NCBI GenBank assembly: GCA_022813865.1
Contig: JALDZX010000012.1
Location: 1 to 64,000, forward strand
Source of the DNA: Xylographa opegraphella
Taxonomy: Eukaryota
DNA: 64,000 bases
Direction: 5' to 3'
In this document: piece by piece, positions 14,338 through 26,665 of the stretch
Position numbering within the stretch: the first letter of the stretch is position 1
Layout: each line of letters opens with the position of its first letter
Notes under the pieces: model-generated
Seen by the model: the letters and a program-made list of their open reading frames with translations, nothing else
Database searches by the model: none
What the model was told of the DNA's origin: nothing
Program-made: the position numbers and the translations under genes

Positions 14338-17023
14338 TCAAACCCCATTCCACCACTCCGTCGTCTCAGTGTTGAAAGTACCCCTTGCCAGCGTATTCGC
14401 ACTGCTGTTCCCCGCCATGACCGTGTACGTATCCTTCTCCGACACCCACATGTTCCGGATCTCATCCCAGTAGCTCGTCGCGTACTTAGTGGACACCGTG
14501 ATGGTGAGCGTCGTCTCGGCTCCGGCTTCGAGGAACACCTTGCGGAAGCCCTTCAGCTCCTTGACAGGCCGTCTGATAGCCGGTGAGGCTTGGCTGAGGT
14601 ACAGCTGAACGGTCTCCGCGCCAGAGCGTTTGCCCGTGTTTGTGATCTGGAGCGAGACCTCCAGATTGCCCTTGGCATTCTCTATATGGAAGTCCGAGAC
14701 CTCGAAAGTGGTGTAGGAGAGACCATGGCCGAAGGGGAAATTGACGGCTCTCTTAACTGTGTCGTAAAATCGGTAGCCAACGTACACATCTTCGCCGTAG
14801 ACGGTGCGACCCCCTTCCGAGCGGTAATTCAGGAAGGCTGGGTTGTCCTCATTCCGGATTGGGAACGAAAGGGGAAGTTTCCCGGACGCGTTCACGTCGC
14901 CGAAGAGCACATCCGCAATCCCATTGCCGCATTCGTTTCCACCATACCAAGCTTGAGTCAGGGCTGCTACCTCGTTGATCCATGGCATCTCCACAGGCGT
15001 GCCGGACTGGATCACGACGACGGTGTTTGTGTTGGCTTTGGCAACAGCCGTGATGAGATCGTTCGTTCGTCCGGGAAGTTTCATATCTTCTCGATCCCGA
15101 CCTTCCGTTTCCCAGTCGGACTATGATAGAAGTTAGCAATTTTACGAAAGAGACTTGGATGCCCATTTTTACATTGAGACCTGCACAAATCACAACCTGA
15201 TCAACCTCCCCAGCTAATTTCGCAGCAGCTTTTATCTCTTCATCGGCGTTCACTTTCCGAGCTCCACCGAGACGTAAGCCTCCACCTCGGAAGGAAGTTT
15301 CGCTCATTGCGGGCACCTTCGAGGCCGGTGCACTGGCAAAGTAGATTTTTACAGCGTAGTCTCGGCCAGCTTGTAGCGTGATTGTGCCGATCTCTTCGAT
15401 GGTACCATTGCCGTAGAGTGCACCTCCAGCCCGTTGCTCAGTTTCGTTATCGATGACCATCTTCCCATCAATGGAAAAGGTTGCAGTTCCATATACTGAG
15501 AGGCCGAATTCATACTCTCCATCAAGTTCGGGGGTGAAAACTCCATCAATCTCTGCCCACCATAAAGGTTCGGTGAGCTTAGCGTGGTAATAATCCACAA
15601 ATTTGAGATCTGTATCATCAAGATGAAGTTCGTCTACAGCTTGGCGCGATTTACTCGACGGCGGCTCGGTGAATGCTCGGAAGGTAATGCCTTTTTCTCC
15701 AGAAAGACTTTTGAGTTGAGATCCGATGGACGGCAAGTTTTTGTAGGAGTGCGCTCCCAGGCAATACTTGATCTTGTCTGTTCCAACCTTGGCTGAGATT
15801 GCTTCGAAAGGAGTAACAGCATAGTACGGTCTTAGTGCAGCTGACCCTCCGCCGCAGTATACTGCTACCTTGGCATTGGGACCAATGACAGCGGTCTACG
15901 CCAGAATGTTAGCATGTACATAAAAACATCAAGGGTCACCAGGCTGGAGGGAAATACCGTTTTCTCCTTACTTAAAGGCAGAATATTCTTCTCGTTCTTC
16001 ATAAGGACAACAGAATCTGCGGCTATTTTACGAAGGAGCTTTGCCGTTTCTGGAGTATCGCCAGTCTTTTCTTCTGCATTTTCCTTGATTCCGGTAGCCA
16101 TTGCCTTCTTGACAAATCTCAAGACCTCCCGGACCCGTTCATCAAGAACATGCGGATGAACTTTCTTGGCTAACAAAGCGTGAGATAAAACAGATCCTCG
16201 CCACCTTGGAGGACCCGGCATTTCCAGATCAAGTCCAGCATTAACAGCTTCAGAAGTTGAATAAGTACCGAACCTGGCATAAAACCTGTCAATACTGCCT
16301 ATGCTTGTGTAGAGTAGATAGCATGCTGAGAGTACGAAGACCTTACCAGTCACTCATGATCAGGCCTTCCCACTTCCACTCCGTTCTAAGGATGTCTCGA
16401 ATGATGCCTGGGTTCTCGCTAACATGTACCCCGTTCACTCTGTTATAAGCAGTCATGAAAGAGTCAGGCTTTGAATCTCTGACAGCAATTTGAAAGGGTT
16501 TCAGATAGATTTCTCGCAAGGCCCGTTCAGAGATCATCGCATTAACGGCCAGACGCTCGTGTTCCTGGTCATTGGCTACGAAATGCTTGATCGTCGCTAT
16601 TATCCCTCGTTCTTGAATGCCATTGACAATTGCTGCAGCACATGAACCTGATAGAACAGGATCTTCCGCGAATGACTCAAACCCACGGCCTCCAAGAGGA
16701 CTACGTTGAATGTTCACTGTCGGACCAAGAATCACAGCGGCACCTTTCAGTCTCGCCTCTTCCGCCATCAGACGACCTGCCTCGAGAAGTAATTCCACAT
16801 CCCATGTGGCGCCGAGGGCGGTGCCGCAAGGGAAGCACGCGGCAGGGATGCCTGCGAAATGCTTCGTGCCTCTAATTCCATTGGGTCCATCAGACGTTCG
16901 AATCGAGGGAACTCCAAGACGGGGAATCGGCTTAGTATGCCAGAAGTCAATACCCGATAGCAATCCTACTTTCTCAGTGGTAGTCAGTTCGGACAAAACA
17001 TGCTCAATGTCGATTTTATCCAT
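14338..17023 (-). CDS. Glycoside hydrolase family 3 beta-glucosidase with PA14 insert and Fn3-like tail; no signal peptide (likely intracellular)
   Basis: Motifs [39 protein letters not shown] (nucleophile; W codon split by an intron), [11 protein letters not shown]14-like segment, [19 protein letters not shown]. Confidence 0.95.
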
Positions 17024-17722
17024 AACTGCGAAGTAGTTTATAGGTATGAAGTCAACAAAAAGAATATATGGAGGAAGCAAGACATCTGGATGGGCAGATA
17101 TTTATGAGCTCGCGCTCATCCACCTGAATCTGCAGCAGTGGTTATTGTCCGACATATAGCCGGACAGGGCCGCGTATCCGGCACATTGTCGGTCAGTGGA
17201 GTAGCCATTGCGGGTCTACGCTCATCTTGATTTTCAATTGATATGTATGATCACTGCAGGCCTATGTTAAGTCATGCCTGACATAATCGGAACCTTGTCA
17301 AATGTGGTCCAAATCCTTCAGAGTCGAGCGTGAGGAGGCGAACGCATTCGCTTGGACCCACTCTGCATACGATGAGATTCGGCGCTAGGTTCGATCTACA
17401 CTAATGGATGTAGGTTCAAGATATCGCATGTTGATATTACAACTCCCTTAAAGTGCTTAGGTAAGTCAGAAACATGTCATCGGATTTTGCGAAAATCTCG
17501 TAGGCATTGTGTGACAATAGTAGTGCTGAAGAACCTTTCCGTATAGAAAGAACTTCATAACGGTAATGTCAGCAGCGGACTCATAGGGACCTACGTCAAC
17601 ATGAACTGGCCCTATCCATGAATCTGCTCGGCGGGCTCAGCCATCTGATATAGAATACCAACTACTCTTAGAACTTTATAAGAAAGGCGAAGTATCGGCC
17701 TATACTGGCAGCTTTAGCAAGA

Positions 17723-19112
17723 ATGTCGTCTGTCTTACAAAACGATGCAGAACTATCCTTAGCCAATACTGAGAGAGATATCAAACATCAAGTATGCCCG
17801 GGACCAAACGAAGACAACATTATCCCCATCGAACCAGCTGGAGATCTTCTCATAAAGGTCCATGGACAGCCAGGAGAATCGACACTATACTACCGGGCTT
17901 CCTCAACCGTGTTACAGAAAGCGTCGCCTTACTTCGACCGACTGCTCGATCCCAAGAAATTCAGCGAAGGGGTAGCATTCAGAACTCAGCTTAAGAATCT
18001 GAAAGAAACCTATCCTGATGTTAGGATGGCGCCCGCAGCAGCTCTGCCAATAATCCACATATCAGACGTTGGCCAGATTCCCGCAAGATTTCCAAGCAAA
18101 AATGTGGTGACACATTTCTTCGACATCTTGCATGATACGAGTTCGTTCTGGATCATGACGGGGACGCTTCCTAATCACATAGCCCTTCTCGCTATCTTGG
18201 CGGATAGGTTCGATGCTACAAAGCCAGTCTTAGATCATATTACTGATCAGGGGTGGACCCATACCCACAAGGAGCCGAAGGAGAACAAAAAGGAAAGCAG
18301 CCAGTCGTCCTCGCGAACCAAAGAGATTCTTTGGAGACAGCGGATATTTGCGGGCGCTATCCTTGGCGTTCAGGATTGGGTTATGAGCTATAGTCGACTC
18401 CTTATTGATGCAGGTTCCGAGCGGTGGAGGATAGCTAGTGATGCCGAGCTTAATGTAGACGATGAGGCACCTTGGTGGTACCTACCTCGGGGGCTAGAAG
18501 GTGAGATTACGCTAGTCATCCAGTCTGAAGTCGGCGAATTGACTGATGGTAGAGGAATTGGCATACCGCCGAGAATCAGCCCTCACGACCATCAGTTCTC
18601 TTCAAAGTTATTATCTGCAAAAGTACGTTTCAGGACGACGGCAGTGTCGGCTAGGTTATGATTCCTCCCCGCAGTGTGACTCCTTCCAGCTAGGTGAAAT
18701 GATACGGTTCTTCAGCCGCAAAGCCACGCTTGCCCTTCACAGCCAGATCGTCGAGCATGACTATTCGCTCTCGTATCCTGGCTCTATCGATCAGCTTCTG
18801 ATATCTCTGAAAGAGTGTCCGTCCTACCAAATCGACTCGAACCATAAGCATTGTGGTCTCAGGACCAAGCTTATACCAGCTTTGGAGTCCATACAATGGA
18901 TGTATCAGCAGCCGGGTCAGATTGGCGTGTGTCTATCATGCTGGCGGAAGGAGAGGCTGGGGGTCAGTTGGCACGAAAGTCCTGCGGGGGGCAAATGGCA
19001 GCACGTCAATGGCCGTGTGATACGGAGGACGAATGCTCCCTGTGGCTTTGACCATCGCGCTACTATGCGTATGTGTACAGCGGATAGCCGAGAGTGGGAT
19101 CTAGATAGATAG
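17723..19112 (+). CDS. BTB/POZ-like domain fungal protein, 2 exons (intron 18501-18552)
   Basis: N-terminal IEPAGDLLIKV..YRASSTVLQKASPYFDRLL resembles fungal BTB starts. Cys-containing C-terminus (CRLGYDSSPQCDSFQLGEM, HKHCGLR, CLSCW). Confidence 0.75.
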
Positions 19113-20274
19113 ATGGAAGCGTTTTGGACACCATTTCCTCTATCTAACTACTATAACGCGAACTAGAAGAAATCTAGATTATCTACACAGTTCCTGATAG
19201 CCAGTTTACCGAAGATACTGACAGGCATGTGCAGCAGCGAGACCTTACTATGACGAGAATCTGACAGTCCTCACAGCTCGACCGTCATGCTCACGGATAT
19301 ACTGTTGGCGCCTCTCGAAGCGAGTCGCATTTCCCCAAGGCTCCAGCTTCATGATACCTATATCCCCACTCCCTAATCAGATTCTCAGCACTCTAACCCC
19401 CCTCCCACCTTCTTTTCCAGCTCCCTAAACCTGCACCCCTACCATCCCACACTCCAAGCGCAACTCCTAACTCCACAAACCCCCCAACGACATCCTATTC
19501 TTATCCCTATCCCTCTCCCCTCAACTCCCCCCCTTCCCACCAAAGTACCCCGTCATTTCGTCCCCATCAAACCTCCCCCTTCCAAACCATCTGCAGAGCG
19601 TCCTTCATGCAATGCCCTTAATATGCATTGTCAATGAAGGTGAATCAGCACGGGGCGGTTGGTACAACCGTTGACTATCAACCCGCGGTAGAGAGTGGGG
19701 GAGTATCGAGGGGTTCTTCGAGAGCATTCAAAGGAGGGTAAAATCGGAAAGGGGGCGGGGGAAAGGTTTGTGCTTTTCCAGCTGGAGGTAGAAGAGCGGC
19801 TGGGAGGGTACCGGACACAGTTCGAAGCACGACTGTGCCCAGTACGGGGCCCCGAATAATAATTTCGCGGTCGTGGCTTCGAGTCGCTCGGATGCTCGAT
19901 CTCGTGTTAGTGTAGAATGGGAGCGAAGCGAAGTAGGGTTTTAATCGACAATTATGGGAAATAAAGCGGCAAGGAGGCAAGGTTGATATGTCAGTGGTGG
20001 GAGCAGCAAGGCAAAAGTAGCTTTTGGATGTAGCATTATGACTGTATCATGTAAAATGCGGTCTGAAGACCGCCGGTATCAAAACCAGTCACGAACCGTA
20101 CCCAACACCGAAACAAAAAATTTCCCCAAGATAAGAGCTAGCCAGGATATCAAGATACCTCCCCACCGAGAAATTGTAGACCTCTTTGAATTAAGCAAAA
20201 TAGTCAGGGGCAAGAAATACGGTCTTGTAGGAGAGAAAAGGAAGAAATGCTCTGGTTTAGCCCTTTAGAAACCA

Positions 20275-21303
20275 CTACCGCCTCCACTCCGCGCTCTGCC
20301 GTTTCCGATCGAGCTTTCTATTCACCGCGCCCAAGACGACCTTCATGATTCCTTCCGCATTGAGGCCCGTTCCGCTGTCACCGCTCCACGGCACCGTATC
20401 CACGATATCGCGCATATCCTCCCCACCAATCGTTGTCAAGTCGTCGTCCAACTCCCGGAGCGCCTCCGCGGCCCCTTCTTCGTTGCCGACTTGGAAGAAT
20501 TGGATGCCGACCTGCCAGCCTGGTGCATCCCACTTATCGAGCTTTTTCGCAGCCGCAAGAATGACCGTCTCCACATCGTCGCTCGGCACACCGTCGGTGA
20601 TGACGATAATGTTTAGCGGCTTGACGCTGTCGGCGCCCTTCGTTTCCACCTGTTTGAGGTAAGGCTTCAGGATGGCGTTCAGTCGGCTGCCAGTGGGAGT
20701 GCCGCCCATGGGCTGGATCTTTTGGAAGATGGCTTCGACATCAGCAGCGCGAGTGATATTGTGGTAGGAAGAAATATCCGGGTGATTGAGGAAGTATAGG
20801 TCGATGCCGTCAGCATCGTGCTGTGTGCAGATCGGCGTGATGGCTGCAAGGGCGGCGGAAGTTTCGCGCCACGAACGCCCGGCCATGCTGCCACTATCGT
20901 CGATCAGGAATATTGTGTCGAAGCTGGAGAGGAAGGCGTAGCGGTTGTCGGCTGCCGTGGTGATTGGGGGCTGGTAAGCTGGAGGCGCCTCTGGAGGCGG
21001 AGGGCGCCTCGTAGGAAGAGTGCCAGATGGAGTGCTGTATGTAGGAGGGTTGCTGGGAGAACCGAAGGCTGCGGGCGTGGGGCTTGCGAAAGCGCTGAAG
21101 GGGTTCTTGGACATCTTCGAGGTGCTTGGTTGTACTGGCGAGACTGGAGTTGTTGAAGTCGTAGCCGCAGATGTCGTTGAAAGGCCGGTGTTCTTGCGAG
21201 ATGACTTGTGTCGGAATATGCTGGAGAGACCCATGGTACCCGAGCTACGATGATTGTGATGATGAACAGGAAGGGCAGGTGACCGATCCAGTATGTAAGG
21301 CAT
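20275..21303 (-). CDS. von Willebrand factor A domain protein (alternative start at 21234)
   Basis: MIDAS-type FLIDDSGSM, GGTPTG, IIVITDG, VGIQFFQVG, DIVDT. Low-complexity Pro/Ser N-terminus. Confidence 0.9.
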   Translation of the reverse strand: MPYILDRSPALPVHHHNHRSSGTMGLSSIFRHKSSRKNTGLSTTSAATTSTTPVSPVQPSTSKMSKNPFSAFASPTPAAFGSPSNPPTYSTPSGTLPTRRPPPPEAPPAYQPPITTAADNRYAFLSSFDTIFLIDDSGSMAGRSWRETSAALAAITPICTQHDADGIDLYFLNHPDISSYHNITRAADVEAIFQKIQPMGGTPTGSRLNAILKPYLKQVETKGADSVKPLNIIVITDGVPSDDVETVILAAAKKLDKWDAPGWQVGIQFFQVGNEEGAAEALRELDDDLTTIGGEDMRDIVDTVPWSGDSGTGLNAEGIMKVVLGAVNRKLDRKRQSAEWRR

Positions 21304-22860
21304 CGTAACAGATTTAGGTTTGCTCCTCGATTGGTGTGAATAATGCTTTGTGCTGTGTGACTTAACCGCAAGCGGGAGGATTGCGCAAGATGTGTAACTA
21401 TGGTCGCACTTCTCCGGGATATGAAGCTTGGCCTGCACTATGAATGTCTTGGAAGTGTGAATAGAGAGACTATCCTACGCCTCGAAGGGGTCTTATACAG
21501 CTTGCGAACATTGTGAAGCAAGCATTCATCCTACAGAACGGGGCGGCAAACACGAGCCAAGTACGCCGGTGAGTCTGCCTGCAAAGCGGCCACAGTCGTG
21601 AATGGTATGGGTGATATCCTGAAGCATGACACGGAAGGCCGTGTGAGGGCGGTGTTCAAACGAGTTCAGAGGTTAGCATTGTTATTCCTCGTGATATGGT
21701 TGGGGCTGATGTAGTCACAGCCTCACGCGTGGGGGGGCGACTTTGAAGGGACAAGGCTGAAGGGAGTTAGACTGATGGAGTACGCGCGGGCGCAGTCCGG
21801 AGAAGCTAAGGCCACTTAGGCAAGGTCGTTGTGCTGCCTCGGCTGCGTAATTTAAAACATGTGAGAACGGTACCGGGATTAAAGGGCACAACACCCACCC
21901 AAACACCCAATCACCGATCGTATGGCTATGCAGCCCGTCCTCAAAGACCGTGATATCGGGGCTCGTGGCCAGCGCTGAAAAATCAATCTTGAGGCAAATG
22001 TATGACATTCACAGGCTATCTTGTGGAGGCATTGTGCCTGCAGTAACAAATCACCTTGTAGCCACAGCCAGTGACAGCGGCTACTGGCGGCGCCTCTGAT
22101 CCCTTATCCTACATGCGCGCCTGGGGCAATGTAAGAGGGGGCTATCGGAGACTACTCCAGACGTTCATGCTAACTGTGCGATCGTAAGGATGACAGCTCG
22201 AGATGGCTCATCGTAAGGTTGACGGCGCAAGGTACGAAATCATGCATGCATCATCCTGTGACCCGCTCGAATTTGGTTGAAGATTTTGGTGACAGTGCTT
22301 TGACATGCACCTTGTGAAAGTATCAGAAGATGCCACCACGAGGTTTGGTCAAGCCATCTTTTTTTGTCTGGCACAGTAACGTCACACCGGCGTTAACTGA
22401 AATCTCTCACAGCATCCGAGCCCGACGCAGATGAATGTCTATTGAAGCTAAAGGGAGGGCAAGGATGGAATTACGAGAATGTGCAAGCACCGTGCGGGCC
22501 AAATACAAAGTTCTACATACCTGAATACCAGCAAGACTGCGGAGAAGCTGTGCTATTTTGGCTGAAAGTGAAGCATGATGTCACTCATGTTCCTTTTGAT
22601 GTATCGCGATCGACAGCGACGGATGTGACATCCATACTTCACTGTTCGTAAATGTGACGTGATGGTCAGTAATACAGGCGCTCGTCGAAGTTGAAACGGC
22701 TCTATCATTTATCTTTTTCTATTTCTTTGACTCACCAAATTCACTGTGAAAACTCTCTCCAAATCTCTTTTTCCTCGCCTTCAGATTCGTAACATCATTT
22801 TCTGTCATAAAGCTTCCTTCAGAGCAAGCTCTTTGCATACGTCCACAGAAGCATTCCAGC

Positions 22861-23721
22861 ATGTCAAAAACTGAGACGTCCGGGTCGAATGATTCTCCAC
22901 ACCGCAGCGACCCGAAAAATATCCTGATCACAGGCGGCGCCCAAGGCATCGGCCGCTGCACAGCCCGACACCTTCTCTCACAAGGCCACAGCGTCTTTCT
23001 CCTAGACTTCAACGAGCCCGAGCTTACCTACACTACCAAGACCCACCTCGCAGCCCACGCTCCCCGCATCTCTTCCGCCGTCTGCAATCTTCGCTCCCCT
23101 GCCTCGATCAAGGAGGGCGTCTCCGCCGCAGCATCTTTCTTCTCCAATCACATCGACGTGCTGATCAACAACGGAGGCATTGCACGTGCATACTTCACTG
23201 GGGCCAAGACAATGGAAGACCCGGACACGCTCTCCGAATGGACTGCATACCTGGAGACCAATCTCACGGCCCCTTTCCTCGTCTCCCAGGCCGTGATCCC
23301 TCACATGAAGCGCGCCTCCCCCTCCCCCTCCGACGAACCTGGCGGATGTATCATCCACATCTCATCGTTCCGCGCCCACCAGAGCGACCCCAATTGCGAG
23401 GGATACGCGGCGACCAAGGCCGGCTTGCTAGGCCTGACGCACGCCATGGCGGTGAGTGCGCAGCAGTGGGGGATCCGGGTCAACATGATCAGTCCGGGGT
23501 GGATCAGCGTGAGACATGAGAACAGGGAGGGAGACGAGAAAGGCTTGAAGTGGGAAGACAGCCATGACGACGAGGACCACGCGCAGCACTTGGCCGGGCG
23601 GGTGGGGCGCGGCGAGGATATTGCGGAGGCGGTGGAGTATCTGATGCATGCGGGCTTTATGAGCGGGCAAGAGGTGGTGGTGGATGGAGGGGCGTCGAAG
23701 AGGAAGAATCCGAAGGTTTAG
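22861..23721 (+). CDS. Classical short-chain dehydrogenase/reductase, intronless
   Basis: TGGAQGIG, INNGG, ISS, catalytic YAATK, IRVNMISPG, VVDGG. Confidence 0.95.
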   Translation: MSKTETSGSNDSPHRSDPKNILITGGAQGIGRCTARHLLSQGHSVFLLDFNEPELTYTTKTHLAAHAPRISSAVCNLRSPASIKEGVSAAASFFSNHIDVLINNGGIARAYFTGAKTMEDPDTLSEWTAYLETNLTAPFLVSQAVIPHMKRASPSPSDEPGGCIIHISSFRAHQSDPNCEGYAATKAGLLGLTHAMAVSAQQWGIRVNMISPGWISVRHENREGDEKGLKWEDSHDDEDHAQHLAGRVGRGEDIAEAVEYLMHAGFMSGQEVVVDGGASKRKNPKV

Positions 23722-24425
23722 CCGGGAATGAATGCTGGCTGTGGTTGGAAGGGGGGTGAGTACTTTGACATGGCGGAGGATTGATGAAAGCTCTGTGGCC
23801 AGAGCATTTCCCGGGTCAGAATAGAGTGATGCGCTGATGATCATGACGATTTACTTTCAAAAGCGACGATGGACTTGGTGTTGAGTAGAGAGCTTCCTAC
23901 GATAATGGAGCTGCATTATGATGGGCATGTATTACAATTACTGCCTCTCTTGCAAAGAAGAGCTTGATGCTCTGTTTTTACGAAACGAATATGCGCATTG
24001 AGTCTGCCTGTATTACATTCGCAAACCCCAGTATGGGTAGGGATACATATGCCCAGTGATTACCGAATGAAGGGTACTGTGCCAGGCCAATGTCCATATT
24101 TACTCTTCAACCACCACGCTTGTACAGTTACCTCCGTCGCCAATTACTAAGAGCATGATGACAGTTCTCCGAACGACATACAGGCCTATCACAACGAGTA
24201 CGAGGTTATCCTCTCCATCATAGCCAGTCTGAAAACTCCAGCTCCGGATGCGTTGCATACCTTAGGGCTTCCACCGGCCTCAGTCGACCTCGACAGCCCA
24301 AAGGCGTCGCGTCATCGTGGCATCCAATGGACAATGCGAAGTGTCAAATTATAGGAATCACGATGCCCACGGCAACAGTCGTAGCCTGGTCATCAAACAA
24401 GTACTGGTTCAATTTCATTATGGAA

Positions 24426-25513
24426 CTATACAGCACTGTATCCTCCTCTTGTGTGACTGCCTTGTAATGTGTCGACAACCTTCCGAAACCAGTCCTGCAT
24501 GATGTAGGGTATATCGCGAATAGTGTCTCCGTGTGGTAGGAGATCCCAGCCACGAGCGCCATAGCGGTTGTAATTCAAATAAGAACCAAGAATCAGATAT
24601 GCAAGGAGAGATAGGAAAAGACTAGCAGAGAGAAGTGTCAGCACTCAGTGGGAGACCAAAGGAGAAGTTGGGTTGCACATACATGAAAAGAAACCACGAA
24701 AAGAACCCCCACCCCCCACTTTGCTTGGGATTCTCACTCTCTATATTCTCGCAGGCGTACTTCGTATTCCACTGGAGCCGTAAGACATCCACACCTTCCA
24801 CATCTTCGTAGCTTACTATCTTAATCCGTCCTCCTTGTCCGTCTTCTACAACCTCCTTTAGTGTCTTTTTATCATCATCATCACCGCCTTCGTCATCGTC
24901 CCTTTTCTCAGTGGCTCCGTCCCCATTCTTTGAGCAAAGAAGCTCTATTACAGCTTTCTGTTTCCTCTTCTCATATTTCCCGCCGTGCATTTCCATTCGC
25001 AACCCCTCTTGCTGGCTATCCGAATGTGACGACGATGTCTTTAATCGAGTATACTGAACATCAAGATCCCCTCCAATTGTTGTTGTATATTGACCTGCGA
25101 TTGGAATGACGCCGAATGGTTTTTCTTCAGGTAGTCCATCTTCGTCGAGGCGGTATTGTATTGCACAGACTAGGGAAAACATCAGTTCTCGATGTGGCTA
25201 TGGTTGACCGACAAAAACTTTTCGTAACAGAAGTCTGCTAACCATTTGTTCCATTTGGGCAATCGTCTTCTTTTGGTACGCCTTTCATCTTTTTCAGTGG
25301 AGTGCAGATATTAAATTTGAAGTAGGTGTTGAGCTTCGTAGGAGGATGGTCCAGCACCATCGCAACCTCGTGCGGTCCGCCAAGAGGCTTGAGATTGAAG
25401 TGGGCGCCATCAGTAAGGATATTCTCGCAGTCCAAATTGATCGCGGATGTAAGTGACGGGAGGAGAATTGCGATCGAGAGAAATGGATTAGGCGTTAAGA
25501 AAGCTGGTCGCAT
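24426..25513 (-). CDS. ATG27: Autophagy-related protein 27 (MRH-domain type I membrane protein), 3 exons
   Basis: Signal peptide, Cys-rich luminal domain (FNICTPL, LRLQWNTKYACE), TM helix, YNRYGARGWDLLPHGDTIRDIPY and C-terminal YSAV sorting motif. Confidence 0.92.
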
Positions 25514-26084
25514 GGTTGAAATCCTTGAAAGGATAGAAGATCCCTGGAAAGAGCTGACAGTATAAACAGCCCGCCCGCCCACAGGTTGAACGACGGAAAC
25601 CAACTGAACGAAAGTCAACCACGGTTCTGTGCACAGTGCTCGAACACTTCTGATGTGGCTGAGATAGATGCCTACAACTTTCCAACCCTACGTTATCATG
25701 CGGCTTGGGCCCGAGAAATGACTGGTCCGTTAGTAAGCATGCCAAGGCACCGACGGAGTAATTGAATTTCTTTCCGTGAGCGGAGGCAACTCCTCTTTTG
25801 ACAAGCGGGTTACGTGCCTGTGAACCGTTTATGATCATCTCCTGCCATCACGGGCTAGCTGCGAGATCTTTCTCCCCACGAGATGTCGTCAATAATTCTC
25901 GGAGTTTCTATCATTGAGATTTCTATACAACATATCACTGGTTCGGTGACAGGCAACCGCTTCACAACGTTTCTCTGCAAGCACACTCTGCATAGGTACT
26001 CAATTCTTTCTACTTGCTGCAATTGCCATCAAGGGTTGTAACGAAGTGCTATGTACCTCAAGGTGCATGTTTCGGAAAAGATGC

Positions 26085-26580
26085 TCATTTCCAACTCCGG
26101 CTCTTATCTTCATCCTCCTCAGTCCAATGCTCAATATCCGGTACTGGGCCAAGTGGAGCAGGTTCTAATTGCCTTTAGTAGGTTGATGTCACTATGACTC
26201 TTACTATAATTGTCTTTTATCTGCCTAAAGTCCGTCATATCCTTTACAACTTTGACATTCCAATACGAGATTCTCCAAATACCATAACGGAATGATTGTG
26301 GCGTATAGTGTTTTAATGTTGACTTTGAACTTGTGTACGTAAATGCTACCGAAACGTATCAATGTTGCATAAGCCTTGGTGTCAATTCCCACCGTCTCTT
26401 CAGCGAGAATGAATGGCCCATTGTGTGGCCTCAACAGCTCTCCAAGTCTATCCAATATGGTAACCACTGCCTTGCATATGTTTTATTGTAGCTTTCTTGA
26501 TCCAACGCAAACCCAGCTTTATAGAACCCTCCACAGAAGTCTGGGAGTAACCATGAAGAAGCAGCATCTACAGTAATCTT
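26085..26580 (-). pseudogene. Relic of the C-terminal half of a glutathionyl-hydroquinone reductase (ECM4/Gto, omega-like GST)
   Basis: Frame 1 gives WLLPDFCGGFYKAGFALDQESYNKN..LDRLGELL..GPFIL..AYATLIRFGSIYVHKFKVN. After a frameshift, YWNVKVVKDMTDFRQIKDNYSKSHSDIN. After another, PLGPVPDIEHW. These track the family motifs GVYKAGFA..TLIRFD.VY..HFKCN..YW..TDF.HIK..Y..SH..IN..P.GP.PDI. No N-terminal domain seen. Confidence 0.82.
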
Positions 26581-26665
26581 TGACCATCATGTTTCATTCG
26601 ATTGGCATCGTCCCATCATAAAATACATAACCGGGCAAATCCGAATTCAGCCTTGCCTTAACTCC

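Noticed and set aside
17340..17410. GGTTCGA T-loop-like motif suggesting a tRNA
   Set aside because: No acceptor stem or cloverleaf could be formed.
23719..23790. Cryptic PTS1 by stop-codon readthrough (checked SDR, PDH1, GH3, VWA, Pex22-like, CPS1 and fasciclin stops)
   Set aside because: None has the TGA-CTA context, and no SKL-like extension was evident. The SDR terminal PKV is at best a weak variant.
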